DNA of 59,473 nt, from positions 1 through 59,473 of the forward strand of contig JACWAN010000086.1 of the NCBI GenBank assembly GCA_014874255.1, given 5' to 3'. Shown piece after piece: positions 28,440 through 38,347 of the stretch (position 1 is its first letter; the number at the start of each line of letters is the position of its first letter). The position numbers were made by a program, and so were the translations under genes. This stretch comes from Candidatus Woesearchaeota archaeon. Its GTDB lineage: Archaea; Nanobdellota; Nanobdellia; Woesearchaeales; UBA525. Below the pieces are notes generated by a model, which saw only the letters and a list, made by a program, of their open reading frames with translations, did not search any database and was not told where the DNA came from.

Positions 28440-30005
28440 TTATCTCAACCATGCCTTCACAGTCTTCAGTTGTTCGAGGTCGTTCCGGTAGAGGTCTCGG
28501 AGGTCCTCGAAGCCGTAATACTCCTTGATGATGCGTTCCATGCCGAGGCCCCACGCCAGCACGGGGACGTCCTTGCCGAGGATAGTCTTCACGACCTCCG
28601 GTCGGAAGATGCCTGCGCCGCCGAGCTCGACCCATTGCTTCTTGCGCGGGTCCCAGACATCCACTTCCGCGCTCGGCTCTGTGTAGGGGAAGTGCGCCGG
28701 CCGGATCCTGACGTCGGGGAAGCCCATCTTGCCGAAGAACTCGCGCAAGTACCCTTTCAAATGGCGCAGGTCCGCGTGCTCGTCGACGACGATGCCTTCC
28801 ACCTGGTGGAACTCGAAGAGATGCTTCCAGTCGAGGGCTTCGTTCCGGTAGACCTTGCTGACGCTGAAGTACTTTCCCGGGATGCGGCACTTCCCCTCTT
28901 TTATCTTGAGAAGCGTCTGCGCGGACAGCACGGTCGTGTGCGTGCGCAATAAATTTTTTGCTGCTTCCTCGTCGCTGAACGTGTACCGCCATCCGAGGCT
29001 GCCTGTGTCGCCGCCGTTCTCATGCGCTGCTTTCACTTTCTTGAGGAGCGCGGCGGGCAGCTTGCCCTTCGCCGGGTCCTTGAGGTAGAACGTGTCCTGC
29101 ATCTCCCGCGCGGGGTGGTCCTGCGGGACGAACAGCGAGTCGAGGTCCCAGAACGCGGTCTGGACGTGGCTGCCTTCCATCTCCTCGAAGCCGAGGTCGA
29201 GCCAGATCCGCTTGATGTAGTCGATCGCCTCGTTGACGAAATGGGCGCGGCCGCCGGTCTTTCTCGGGACGTTGATCGTGACGTTGTACGGCCGGAAGAT
29301 GAAATTAGTCCTCTTCCAAAGTTCCTCTTTAAGGATTTCAGGAGTGTTTTTTTCGATGACTCTCTGAACTCCTCCGGATGTTGCCTGCACTTTCACTTTT
29401 TCTCCCAGGGGCGTGAGTGTGTAGTTTTTCTCTTTTCGCTTCTCGATGGTCGCGTAGCCCTGGCGCTTCGCCAGCTCCGTCGCGGCGCGTCTCTCCTCGA
29501 CGGTCATCGCGCCGACGCTGAGCCGCCAGCCGGCCTTCGCCGCTTTCCCGAGGAGCGCCTGCTCCCCCGATTCGGGGATCTTCAGCGCGTCCACCCACTT
29601 GAACGCGGGCTTGCCGTCGATCGTGACGAAGGGGATGTCGCGCTTCTTGAGGATGCCGACGACCGCGCCCACGGCTTGCTTGTCGTACGCAGGCAGCACG
29701 GCCGCGATGGCGGCGACGGTGAGCGTCTTCTGCTCCTTGAGCGCTTTCAGCGCGTGCAGCTCCGGCAAGCCGTCTTTCGCCGCCTTCTGGCCGCGTTCGA
29801 GGACGACGAGGGCTTCCTGCTCCTCGGTCTTGATTGTGAGGCAGCCCTTGCCTTCGAGCCACTGGAGGCTGCGCATCGCCTCGACGTCCTGCATGCCTGC
29901 GGCGGCCGCGAGCTCGGAGAGCGTGCCGCTCTTCTGGAGATGGGGCGCCGCCTTCCGTTCGAGGGGGCTGAGCCCTTGCGCCAGCTTCGCGACGTCGTCC
30001 GTCAT
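28440..30005 (-). CDS. pheS: phenylalanine--tRNA ligase alpha subunit
   Basis: 521 aa. Class II core FRPYNVT..HPAREMQDTF..FEFHQVEG..GAGIFRPEV..AWGLGMERI. Confidence 0.92.
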   Translation of the reverse strand: MTDDVAKLAQGLSPLERKAAPHLQKSGTLSELAAAAGMQDVEAMRSLQWLEGKGCLTIKTEEQEALVVLERGQKAAKDGLPELHALKALKEQKTLTVAAIAAVLPAYDKQAVGAVVGILKKRDIPFVTIDGKPAFKWVDALKIPESGEQALLGKAAKAGWRLSVGAMTVEERRAATELAKRQGYATIEKRKEKNYTLTPLGEKVKVQATSGGVQRVIEKNTPEILKEELWKRTNFIFRPYNVTINVPRKTGGRAHFVNEAIDYIKRIWLDLGFEEMEGSHVQTAFWDLDSLFVPQDHPAREMQDTFYLKDPAKGKLPAALLKKVKAAHENGGDTGSLGWRYTFSDEEAAKNLLRTHTTVLSAQTLLKIKEGKCRIPGKYFSVSKVYRNEALDWKHLFEFHQVEGIVVDEHADLRHLKGYLREFFGKMGFPDVRIRPAHFPYTEPSAEVDVWDPRKKQWVELGGAGIFRPEVVKTILGKDVPVLAWGLGMERIIKEYYGFEDLRDLYRNDLEQLKTVKAWLR

Positions 30006-30027
30006 ACGATGCGGGACGGGCAGGGTT

Positions 30028-30040
30028 CTTTTAAATAGTT
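30028..30040 (-). promoter_or_regulatory. TATA-like box for leaderless pheS
   Basis: AACTATTTAAAAG on the minus strand, about 29 nt upstream of start 30005. Confidence 0.45.
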
Positions 30041-30118
30041 ATGGCGACAGAAGATATTACTATATAGAAAATAAATAATCCTCCTCAACCTCATCGCTAT
30101 GACCTCCGCCTTTTCCTC

Positions 30119-30238
30119 CGTTCTCATCGCCACGGCCGGTTGTTCTCCCTCCGGTCCGAGGAAAGAACGGGCGCTCACGCAGATGGTCCGCGGACCATGT
30201 TCGCGCCCGGGTCTTGTGCCAAGGTGGCGATGAGAACG
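30119..30238 (+). ncRNA. S-family structured element, copy C
   Basis: 15-bp closing stem CGTTCTCATCGCCAC/GTGGCGATGAGAACG. Blocks TCCGGTCCGAGG and GGGCGCTCAC. Apical hairpin ATGGTCC-GCG-GGACCAT, then GTTCGCGCCC and CCAAGG. Confidence 0.55.
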
Positions 30239-30297
30239 TCGTAGATGGAGATATTCATGGGAAAAACTATTAGAACGCGGAGGACTTCCGTTTTCCC

Positions 30298-31311
30298 ATG
30301 AAGGAAGCGCTCTTCTGGAAGAAGCGGGACGACGGCAGCGTCGTCTGCGAGCTCTGCCCGCGGCGGTGCGTCTTGCGTGAAGGGCAGCTCGGCGGCTGCG
30401 GCACGCGCGGCGTGAAGGACGGGACGCTCTACGCGCTCACGTACGCGAAACCCTGCGCGATCCACGTCGACCCCGTCGAGAAGAAACCCCTGTTCCATTT
30501 CTATCCCGGCGAGCCGATCCTCAGCCTGGCGACCGTCGGCTGCAACCTCTTCTGCGACTTCTGCCAGAACTGGGAGATCAGCAAGCGGCGCGCGGAGGCG
30601 CTCGGGCAGGAGGAGGATGTCCCTCCTGAAAGGATCGTCGCGCTCGCCGAGGAGGCGGGCTGCCGGCTCATCGCGTTCACGTACACCGAGCCCACCGTCT
30701 TCTACGAGTACATGCTCGCCATCGCGACGCTCGCGAAGAAGCGGAAGATGGAATGCGCGATCGTGAGCAACGGCTACATCGAGGAAGCGCCGCTGCAGAA
30801 GCTCATCCCGCTCATCGCCGCGGCGAACATCGACCTGAAAGGCTCGAAGGAGTTCTACAGGAAGAGATGCAAGGTCCCGGACCACGAACGGATCAAGAAG
30901 ACGGTCGTCGCGCTGAAGGACGGGGGGGTCCACGTCGAGATCACCAACCTCTTGATCCCGGGCGAGAACGACTCGGACGAAGAGATCGAACGGCTCGCGA
31001 AATGGATCGCCGCGAACGTCGGGAAGGGGACGCCGCTCCACTTCAGCGCGTTCCACCCCGACTATAAGATGCTCAACGCGGGTTCGACGCCCGTCCGGAC
31101 TTTGCTCCGTGCGAGAGGGATCGCGAAGAGGCATCTCGACTTCGTCTATCTCGGCAACGTGCCCGGCCTGGAGAACGGCACGCGCTGCCCGGGATGCGAC
31201 GCGCTCCTCGTCGACCGTTCCCAGCACGCGGGCGTCTCCTTCCTCGAGGACGGTCGCTGCCCGACCTGCAAGAGACCGCTGCCGGGACGGTTTTCCGGCG
31301 GGAAGAGATAA
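30298..31311 (+). CDS. radical SAM enzyme (AmmeMemoRadiSam / PFL-activase-like)
   Basis: CNLFCDFCQNWEIS (CxxxCxxC). C-terminal CPGC..CPTC pair. Confidence 0.8.
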   Translation: MKEALFWKKRDDGSVVCELCPRRCVLREGQLGGCGTRGVKDGTLYALTYAKPCAIHVDPVEKKPLFHFYPGEPILSLATVGCNLFCDFCQNWEISKRRAEALGQEEDVPPERIVALAEEAGCRLIAFTYTEPTVFYEYMLAIATLAKKRKMECAIVSNGYIEEAPLQKLIPLIAAANIDLKGSKEFYRKRCKVPDHERIKKTVVALKDGGVHVEITNLLIPGENDSDEEIERLAKWIAANVGKGTPLHFSAFHPDYKMLNAGSTPVRTLLRARGIAKRHLDFVYLGNVPGLENGTRCPGCDALLVDRSQHAGVSFLEDGRCPTCKRPLPGRFSGGKR

Positions 31312-31384
31312 TCCCCCCGTTTCCCGGAACCTGTCCGTCTTTTCTCCCGCAACGCTTTTCTAGGATGAGCCCCCACGACGGCGC

Positions 31385-33559
31385 ATGGCATCTTCACGCG
31401 GAGCGCTCATCGGCGTACGTCCCGTCCTCCTCCTCGTCTTCACGTACTCCCTCCTCTTCCCGTTCTTCTCGCTCTCTTCCTCCCCCGTCGCCGCGGTCTC
31501 CTTCTCCGAGATCCATTACGACCCCGACGGCGCGGACGCCGGGCACGAGTTCCTCGAGCTGGCGGACGCGCCCTCGCTCGCGGGCTGGACGATCGCCGAC
31601 CCCTCCTCCAACGACACGCTCGTCCTCCTCCGGAACGCCTCTTCTTCCCCCGCGACCGCGCTCATCGTGGACGACGGGTTCGACTACGCCGGACTGGGCT
31701 GCGCAATCTACTCCGCGGGCGGCGCAATCGGGAATGGCCTCAACAACGGAGGGGATGCGCTCACGCTCACCAGCCCCGACGGGAACCTCTCGCTCGTCGC
31801 GGTCTACTCCGGCGGCGCCTCCGCGGGACGCTCGCTCGTCCTCGTCGACGGGAACTGGACGTGGGGCGTCGTCGGCGGAACCCCCTGCCTTCCAGAAACG
31901 ATGAACGGTACGCAAGGAACGGATACGACGAACACGACCGGAACGACGGAGAATGAATCGACGAGCACCGCCGACGACAACGAGACCGTCTCGCTCAGCA
32001 TCGTCCTGCCGTCGACGGTCTACCTCGGCGTGAACTACTCCTCCTTGTTCCGCGTCACGAACAACGTGCACATGCCCGGCGAGACCGCGTACGTCAACGT
32101 CACCGTCGCGTACACCGTCACCCGGGACGGTCTCCCCTTCCTGAACGCCTCGTTCGCCCGCGCGGTGAATTCCTACACGACGACCGCGACCGGCTCCCTG
32201 CTCCTCGACGGGCCGGGGAACTACACGCTCTGCGGCACGGTCGTCGACGTCGTCGACGCCGGAATGAATGTCACGTCGAACACCTCATCCGATTCTTCAC
32301 CCGTCTGCGCTCCCTTCGCGGCGGTCGACCCGTACGCCATCCCCTGCGACGTCACGCTCGCGCTCGACCTCGCGGACGACGCGCTGATCCGCGACGCCGG
32401 CTCGCCCGTGAAGTTCCGCACGCTCGTGCAGCGGAACGACGACGCGTGGCTGCCGCCGTTCGTCGTCGAGTACGGCGTCTACGCCCTGGACGGCAGCCCG
32501 CTGACGCTCAAGGAGTCGGAGAACGCGAACCAGAAGAGCTACACGCCGCGCTGCGGCGGCGACGTCTGCGTCTACATCCTCAGGGGCCGGCTCGCCATGG
32601 TGGCGTGCAACAACTCCGCGCAGCAGACCGGGGACGAGCGGCTCCTCGTCGTCCGCGGCGATCCGGCCGCGTCGCCTTCTCCCGAGTCTTCGCTCAGCTT
32701 CGGCGACCTCCACGAGCCGAAAGCCGGCTACGGGGCGGGCGACACGATGCGCGTCGACGTCACCGTGTACCGAGGGGACACGGGCAAGTACGCGGTGAAG
32801 CTCTGGGTCGAGGATGCGGACGGGAAGAAGGCGTCCGACGTCACCTCGTTCTCGGCGAGGACGCGGTTCACGCGCTACGACGCGACGCTCCCCGTCGTGC
32901 TGCACGACGGCCTGAAGGACGGGACGTACCGGGTGGTGCTCGACGGGCTGGACGAACAGGTCGCGGAAGAGATACGGATTGGATCATCGTCAAAAACCAC
33001 GAAAAACAACTCCGTCAATGAACTCGCACATCCCGTCATCGCTTCGTTCTACACCCGCGCGCGGAAGGCCGCGAAGAACGTCACGCTCGCCGCCTCGTTG
33101 GATGGGGGCGGGAACTACACCGTGGAACTGCTCGGTCTCGCGGACCATCACGAGGAGCGCGTTGAACTCGTCGGCCCTCTCCAATACCGGCAAGCCGTCG
33201 CCCTCTTCCCCGGGCCGAACCTCTTCGTCCTCCGGCTGCGCGACAAGAAAGGGATCGCCGCCGAACGCTCCTTGCTCCTCGAGATGGGCGAGAACATCAC
33301 CGCGGTCGATTCCTTCACGCTGCCGCCGCTCGCGTGCGTCGCCTCCTCCTCGCCGAAGAACGGCGAATCATCCGGCGTCGGGAAGGGCGCGACGGGGAAC
33401 GCCTCGTCGCTTCCTCCTCTTTCCGATCCCTCTTCCTCGCCCTCGTTGCTCACCGGCGGCGTGACGTACGCGGCCGAGCACACGACGGACATCCTCCCGG
33501 TGCTGCTCGGCGTGATCGGCCTGCTCCTCCTCGGCATCGCGCTGCAGCAGCGACGGTAG
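31385..33559 (+). CDS. secreted surface glycoprotein with N-terminal lamin-tail domain and C-terminal TM anchor
   Basis: Signal peptide. LTD motif FSEIHYDPDGADAGHEFLEL. Many N-x-S/T sequons. C-terminal ILPVLLGVIGLLLLGIALQQRR. Confidence 0.7.
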   Translation: MASSRGALIGVRPVLLLVFTYSLLFPFFSLSSSPVAAVSFSEIHYDPDGADAGHEFLELADAPSLAGWTIADPSSNDTLVLLRNASSSPATALIVDDGFDYAGLGCAIYSAGGAIGNGLNNGGDALTLTSPDGNLSLVAVYSGGASAGRSLVLVDGNWTWGVVGGTPCLPETMNGTQGTDTTNTTGTTENESTSTADDNETVSLSIVLPSTVYLGVNYSSLFRVTNNVHMPGETAYVNVTVAYTVTRDGLPFLNASFARAVNSYTTTATGSLLLDGPGNYTLCGTVVDVVDAGMNVTSNTSSDSSPVCAPFAAVDPYAIPCDVTLALDLADDALIRDAGSPVKFRTLVQRNDDAWLPPFVVEYGVYALDGSPLTLKESENANQKSYTPRCGGDVCVYILRGRLAMVACNNSAQQTGDERLLVVRGDPAASPSPESSLSFGDLHEPKAGYGAGDTMRVDVTVYRGDTGKYAVKLWVEDADGKKASDVTSFSARTRFTRYDATLPVVLHDGLKDGTYRVVLDGLDEQVAEEIRIGSSSKTTKNNSVNELAHPVIASFYTRARKAAKNVTLAASLDGGGNYTVELLGLADHHEERVELVGPLQYRQAVALFPGPNLFVLRLRDKKGIAAERSLLLEMGENITAVDSFTLPPLACVASSSPKNGESSGVGKGATGNASSLPPLSDPSSSPSLLTGGVTYAAEHTTDILPVLLGVIGLLLLGIALQQRR

Positions 33560-33725
33560 CTTCATCGCCACGGCCTAGCTGTCCTCGCTCCGCTGCGGGG
33601 CGATCGTCGGGCGCTCACGATTATGCAGTCGCTTCGGTCCAGTCACTGCGTTCCTGGCCGACTCGTATAACTCGTCGCTCCCGCATGTTCGCGCCCGTCA
33701 ATCGTGCCAAGGTGGCGATGAAGCT
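33558..33725 (+). ncRNA. S-family structured element, copy D (variant with ~60-nt insertion)
   Basis: 14-bp closing stem AGCTTCATCGCCAC/GTGGCGATGAAGCT. Blocks GGGCGCTCACGATTATGCAGTCGCT ... CATGTTCGCGCCC and CCAAGG. The first hairpin is replaced by TCGCTCCGC-T-GCGGGGCGA. Confidence 0.5.
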
Positions 33726-33824
33726 CCACGCGGATGGAACGTTTGCGTCTTTTTCCCGCTCGCCGACCTAAACCTTTTTATACGAGCGCAGCGGCTTCCC
33801 CTCCAAAAAAAGGGGGTGTCGGTC

Positions 33825-34079
33825 ATGTCCATGCAGAACCTTCGCAGGCACGAGGTCCTCGGCCTCTTCTACCACTTCCTCGGCGCCACGTGCGTCGGCA
33901 TCGGGATCTACTACGCGGTCTGGGCCGCCACGAGGAGCATCTTCTACCGCAGCCTCTCCCTCGTCCAGGGATGGGAGTGGCTCGTCTTCCCGTTCCTCTT
34001 CGGCCTCGGCGCGGTCCTCTGGACGCTCGGCTCCATCGAGGTGAAGGAGGCGAAGCCCGGCTACGGGTTCAAGCGGTAA
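33825..34079 (+). CDS. small two-TM membrane protein
   Basis: Two hydrophobic segments. TATA-like CTTTTTATAC at about 33771-33782. An upstream GTG at 33816 is possible. Confidence 0.5.
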   Translation: MSMQNLRRHEVLGLFYHFLGATCVGIGIYYAVWAATRSIFYRSLSLVQGWEWLVFPFLFGLGAVLWTLGSIEVKEAKPGYGFKR

Positions 34080-34120
34080 GAACGTCGTTTCGTGAACGCG
34101 GTTCCGGTTCGGAGCGCGGC

Positions 34121-34187
34121 GCCGGCCAAAGGGCGAGGCGTGGCGAAGAAAAGAGCAATGAGCGACGGGGGTCGCCCCCCTACGGGG
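34121..34187 (+). repeat. R-family core without TIRs (R5)
   Basis: GCCGGCCAAAGGGCGAGGCGTGGCGAAGAAAAG..GGGGGTCGCCCCCCTACGGGG. The 28-nt purine-rich spacer has the same length as in R1. Confidence 0.55.
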
Positions 34188-34341
34188 CGTCTCCGAGCCA
34201 CACGAGGAGAAACAGGGGCGCGTCTGCGCGACTGTGTCGTGGAGTGTGCGATAACACTCGCGATACGCCGAGCATGTCCGAGTCATACGAGGACCGGCAG
34301 GAGCGTCAGCGACTGCAGCCCGCGCCGCTCGAAGAACAAGA

Positions 34342-34827
34342 ATGGTGATGCTCATGGGATGCGACCTCTGCGGCAAGGAAGGCACGCTCTTCCAGACACG
34401 GATTGAAGGGACGGTGATGACGGTCTGCGCCTCGTGTGCGGAGTACGGCGAAGTCGTCCGACGGGTGCCCGGCGCGCTCGAGAAGAAGCGAGAGGAGAAG
34501 CGGAAAGGGAAGGAGCCCGAGCCGCAGACGCAGTCCTTCGGCCGCGGCGAGACGATCCTCCTCGTCAAAGCCGATTACGCGAAACGGATTAAGGCCGCCC
34601 GCGAGAAGCTCAACCTCAAGCAGGAAGACCTCGCCAAGCGGCTCCGGATGAAGGAGAGCCAGCTCCACGCGTACGAGTCCGGCCACCACAAGCCCGACCT
34701 CGAGACCGCGAGAACCCTCGAGAAAGAGCTGAAGATCAGCCTCGTCGAGGAGCACGTCGAGGAACGCCAGGAACGCCGCGCCGCCTCTTCCGGGCCGCTC
34801 ACCATCGGCGACCTGCTCAAGCGATGA
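34342..34827 (+). CDS. aMBF1-type transcription cofactor (Zn ribbon + XRE HTH)
   Basis: CDLCG..CASC followed by LKQEDLAKRLRMKESQLHAYESG. Confidence 0.8.
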   Translation: MVMLMGCDLCGKEGTLFQTRIEGTVMTVCASCAEYGEVVRRVPGALEKKREEKRKGKEPEPQTQSFGRGETILLVKADYAKRIKAAREKLNLKQEDLAKRLRMKESQLHAYESGHHKPDLETARTLEKELKISLVEEHVEERQERRAASSGPLTIGDLLKR

Positions 34828-34854
34828 GCCGAAGAAGGCCCTCTTCCTTCCCCG

Positions 34855-35565
34855 TCAGCCGCCTTGCAGCGCCGTCTGCATCGTGCCCGTGTCCATCGTC
34901 GCGTTCGTCGCGTCGAGGACGGCGAGGAGGAGCGCGTTCTTGGACTGGAAGCCCGCGTACGGCCGGTCGTTGACGACGATGAACGGCGTCTCGTTCACCC
35001 CGTACTGCTGCTCGAGGGTGGCGAGCGACGTCACCGGGAGGTTCTTGTCGAAGCTGAAGATCTGCACGTCGGGGTAGTTCTTGCGGAGCCAGGTGAGGAT
35101 GAACCCCTGCTCCTGGCACTCCGGGCATTCGCCCTTCGCGTTCGAGTAGAAGTAGAGGACGAGCGTCCGGTTCGTGCCGCACGTCTTGTCGAGCTGCTTC
35201 ATGAAGAGCCACTGCCGCAGCTCGAGGAGCGAGTAGTACGATTTCATCCCGATGACCTGCGTGTTGTCCGGGCCGAGGACGTTCTCCATGAAGTCGAGCC
35301 GGACGCTCAGGTCGTAGAGCTCGTTCGTGAGGGGCGTCGTGTTGATGAACGCGCACGGGTTCTCCTGGACGAGGCTGTACTGCATCTCCGTGTCCATCGT
35401 CTGGGTGCGGAGGTCGTTCTGGAGGTCGCTGACCTGCTGGAGCTTCTGCGTCGAGGTGTAGCTGCCGAGGAGGATGCCGAAGAGGAAGATCGCCACCGTG
35501 ACGAAGAGGACGAAGACGTACTTCTGCCATGCCATCCGTTTCAGCCCGTTCCGTTTCCCGTTCAT
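34855..35565 (-). CDS. membrane-anchored thioredoxin-like protein (CPEC motif)
   Basis: Frame of ORF 34855..36666 from Met 35565, with an ATGA-type overlap with the GT2 stop. N-terminal TM. YFYSNAKGECPECQEQ. Confidence 0.6.
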   Translation of the reverse strand: MNGKRNGLKRMAWQKYVFVLFVTVAIFLFGILLGSYTSTQKLQQVSDLQNDLRTQTMDTEMQYSLVQENPCAFINTTPLTNELYDLSVRLDFMENVLGPDNTQVIGMKSYYSLLELRQWLFMKQLDKTCGTNRTLVLYFYSNAKGECPECQEQGFILTWLRKNYPDVQIFSFDKNLPVTSLATLEQQYGVNETPFIVVNDRPYAGFQSKNALLLAVLDATNATMDTGTMQTALQGG

Positions 35566-36818
35566 CCCGACACCTCGTATTCGCTCTTGTGGTTCCAGCC
35601 CGTGTCCTTCCCCGCGAGTTTGTATGCCCCGGCGGCGAGCCACCAGAACGCGAAGAGCAGCCAGTAGAGGAGGAAGAAGAGGAGGTAGGAGAGCTTCCAC
35701 GGCCGTTTGTCCTGGGCGAGGCGGCGCGAGACGAAGAAGAGCGTCAGTCCGACGACGAGGCTCGCAAACGAGATTATGACGACGGCGTTCGTGTTGATGA
35801 AGAACGCGTCGAAGTGCGGCGTGAGCATCTTCCAGAGGTCGAAGTTGACCGCGGCGTAGTACTGGATGTTCTGCCACGTGTCGACGACAATTTTTCCAAG
35901 CACGTAGACGCCGCTCACGATGACGAGGAGGACGCTGAGCAGCGCCGTCGGGAGGATGAAGAGGCCGAGGTTGCCGTGCTCCTTCGAGAAGAGCCGCTTG
36001 TAGTCGAGGACGTTGCTGAGGAAGCCGTAGTACCACCGGAGCCGCTGCTTGTAGAGGCTGCGGAACGTGTTCGGGCCGTGCGTGTAGACGTACGCGTCCG
36101 TCGCGTTCTCGATCTGGTAGTGGTGCGACTGTATCCTGAGGGCGACCTCGATGTCCTCGGTGCGGTGCGCCTCGCGGTAATAGCCGTGCTTCTCGAAGAA
36201 CGCGCGCCGGTAGATCGTGAACGGGCCCGGCGTCACGTGCTGGCTGCCGAGGTCGGCGAACACCCGTCTCAGGAGGATGCCCATGGTGAACTCGACGGAT
36301 TGGATGCGGCGGAGCACGCCCTTCTCGTCCCTGATCTTCATCGAGGGGGTGACGGCCATGATATCCGGGCCGGTGAACCGGCTGATGATCTTGCGCAGCG
36401 CGTCCGGCTCGACCGTCGAGTCCGCGTCGAGGGCGCCGACGAACTCCGCCTTCGTCCTCTTGAGGGCGAGGTTGAGCGCGGTGTGCTTGCCCCCGTTCTC
36501 CTTGCGGAGGAGGGCGACGCCGCGCTTCCGGTACTGCGCGGCGGCCTTGTACGTGCCGTCCGTGCTCCCGTCGTCGACGACGACGATCTCGAGCCTCTCC
36601 TGGGGGTAGTCGAGCGCCAGCAGCGACTCGATCGTCTTCCCGACGGTGCGTTCCTCGTTGTAGCACGGCACGATGATCGCGACGGCGGGGTAGCGGCGCG
36701 GCCGTCCCGCGGTCGTGGTCTTGCCCCAGTTCTCGTAGAGCGTGAAGAGGTAGAAGAGCGCGGTGTAGAGCCCGAAGAAGGAGACGATGTAGATGAGCCA
36801 GTCGTTGAACGTGATCAT
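35562..36818 (-). CDS. processive family-2 glycosyltransferase (chitin/cellulose-synthase-like)
   Basis: VVDDGSTDGT, DADS and QRLRWYYG (QxxRW). TM segments at both ends. Confidence 0.82.
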   Translation of the reverse strand: MITFNDWLIYIVSFFGLYTALFYLFTLYENWGKTTTAGRPRRYPAVAIIVPCYNEERTVGKTIESLLALDYPQERLEIVVVDDGSTDGTYKAAAQYRKRGVALLRKENGGKHTALNLALKRTKAEFVGALDADSTVEPDALRKIISRFTGPDIMAVTPSMKIRDEKGVLRRIQSVEFTMGILLRRVFADLGSQHVTPGPFTIYRRAFFEKHGYYREAHRTEDIEVALRIQSHHYQIENATDAYVYTHGPNTFRSLYKQRLRWYYGFLSNVLDYKRLFSKEHGNLGLFILPTALLSVLLVIVSGVYVLGKIVVDTWQNIQYYAAVNFDLWKMLTPHFDAFFINTNAVVIISFASLVVGLTLFFVSRRLAQDKRPWKLSYLLFFLLYWLLFAFWWLAAGAYKLAGKDTGWNHKSEYEVSG

Positions 36819-38347
36819 TGCGCCGCCCCGCTCCCTGTCGCGTCGGCCGTCGGGCCGGTCGTTCCCGTCGCCGTGCCGGCCGGCGCGGCGCCGGTCCCCG
36901 CGGGCGGCGTGTACTTCCAGAGCTCTTCCTGCGGGTCGGCTGCGACCCTCTTAAACCTTTCGCTGTGGTCGAGGAGGAAGAGCAGGCCTTCGTCGTCGCG
37001 GTTCCAGACCGCGCCGTCCCGCATCTCCTGCGTGATGAGCAGGTAGGTGATGTTGTACTCGGCGAGGATCGGTTCCGCGTCGTCCATGCGCCACGTGTAG
37101 TAGAGTCGCTCGACGTCGTTGCACCGCTCGGAGGGGCTGTCGCACTCGTGCTCGCGCGGCAGCGCGGGGTGGCCGGCGAGCGCCTCGACGAACGGCGAGA
37201 GCGCCGGCGGCGAGAGGACGACGCCCCCGTCCGGCGGCAGGGCGGCGAGCGTCCGCACCAGCTTGTCCGTCGGCGGCTCGCGCGTGATCGCCCCGATGTG
37301 CGTCAGCAGCAGGAAGAGGAGGAGGCACGCGACGAGCAGCAGGACGAGCGGCTGCGCGTCCCTGAGGCTCCACTTCCTCCGGGCGAGCCGCGCGACGAGG
37401 CCGGCCGCGAGGACGGACGACGCGAAGCCGGCGACGACGCGGAAACCCTGTTCGAGCGGCGAGACGGCGAGCGCCGCCAGGAAGAGGAGGAACGCCGCCC
37501 GTCCCTCGCGCTCGTCCCACGCGGCGACGCCCTCCATGACGGCGAGGCCGGCGAGCACCAGGGAGAGGCCGTTCACGGCGCCGAACTCCGCGACCTGCAC
37601 CGAGGGGATGAACGTGACCGGAGAGAGGAAGAGCATCGAGGCCGCCGCCGCGGGGAGGGCGACGAGGCTCGCGACGGCCGTCGGCCGTCGCCGCTTCGTC
37701 AGGAGGAGGAGCGCCGCCGCGAGCGCCGCCGCGGCCGTGGGCGAGAGGAGCGCCGTGAGCGGGAGCGCGACGGCCAGGAGGCGGTCGCGTCCCTCCTTCG
37801 CGGCCACCGCGGCGAGCAGGCCGAGGGGGACGACGAGCGTCATGGGCGTCATCGCGGTGAAGACGCTGAGGAAGAGCGGGTTGACGAGGAAGAGGAGGAG
37901 GGCGATTGTGCGCTCGTGCTCGTGGCGCAGCAGCCCCTTCGCGAGCCGCGCGAAGAGGTACGCGGCCGCGAGGCCGAGGAGGACGCTCGCGAGGATGCGC
38001 GCGTCGCCGAGCGGCGACAGGGCCGTGAGGAAGAGGTCGTACGCGCCGGCGTGCTGGCTGAGCCCGTGGAGGTGCGCGTACGACTCCGCGCCTGGGATGA
38101 GCGGGTTGCCTGCGAGGACGCGGAGCAGGAGCGGCACCAGGAGGAGGAGCCCGCCTCCGAGGAGCAGCAGCTCGGTGGCGAGCGGCGCGAGGAGCCGCGC
38201 CGCCCATTCGCCCGCGACGCGTCCGGTCCCCGCTTTCCTCAGGATGTTCCCCGTCCCCGCTTTCCCCGGGCCGCTCCCCGGGCCGTTCGCGGGGCCGCTT
38301 CCCGGGCCGCTCCCCGTTCCGCGCGTCTCTTCTTCCCGGGGCGCCAT
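36815..38347 (-). CDS. polytopic membrane protein, GT-C-like (putative glycosyltransferase), G/P-rich N-terminus
   Basis: Met 38347 within ORF 36815..38833. More than 10 hydrophobic segments plus a soluble C-domain (..YNITYLLIT..) paralogous to the upstream gene. Confidence 0.5.
   Translation of the reverse strand: MAPREEETRGTGSGPGSGPANGPGSGPGKAGTGNILRKAGTGRVAGEWAARLLAPLATELLLLGGGLLLLVPLLLRVLAGNPLIPGAESYAHLHGLSQHAGAYDLFLTALSPLGDARILASVLLGLAAAYLFARLAKGLLRHEHERTIALLLFLVNPLFLSVFTAMTPMTLVVPLGLLAAVAAKEGRDRLLAVALPLTALLSPTAAAALAAALLLLTKRRRPTAVASLVALPAAAASMLFLSPVTFIPSVQVAEFGAVNGLSLVLAGLAVMEGVAAWDEREGRAAFLLFLAALAVSPLEQGFRVVAGFASSVLAAGLVARLARRKWSLRDAQPLVLLLVACLLLFLLLTHIGAITREPPTDKLVRTLAALPPDGGVVLSPPALSPFVEALAGHPALPREHECDSPSERCNDVERLYYTWRMDDAEPILAEYNITYLLITQEMRDGAVWNRDDEGLLFLLDHSERFKRVAADPQEELWKYTPPAGTGAAPAGTATGTTGPTADATGSGAAQ

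Noticed and set aside
30119-30238. S-family elements as hammerhead or HDV-like self-cleaving ribozymes.
   Set aside because: There is no CUGAUGA/GAAA core. An HDV-like nested fold would need a P1 strand upstream of the closing stem complementary to the TCCGGTCCGAG region, and the upstream flanks (for example the T-run before copy B) cannot pair. Other ribozyme classes cannot be excluded by eye.
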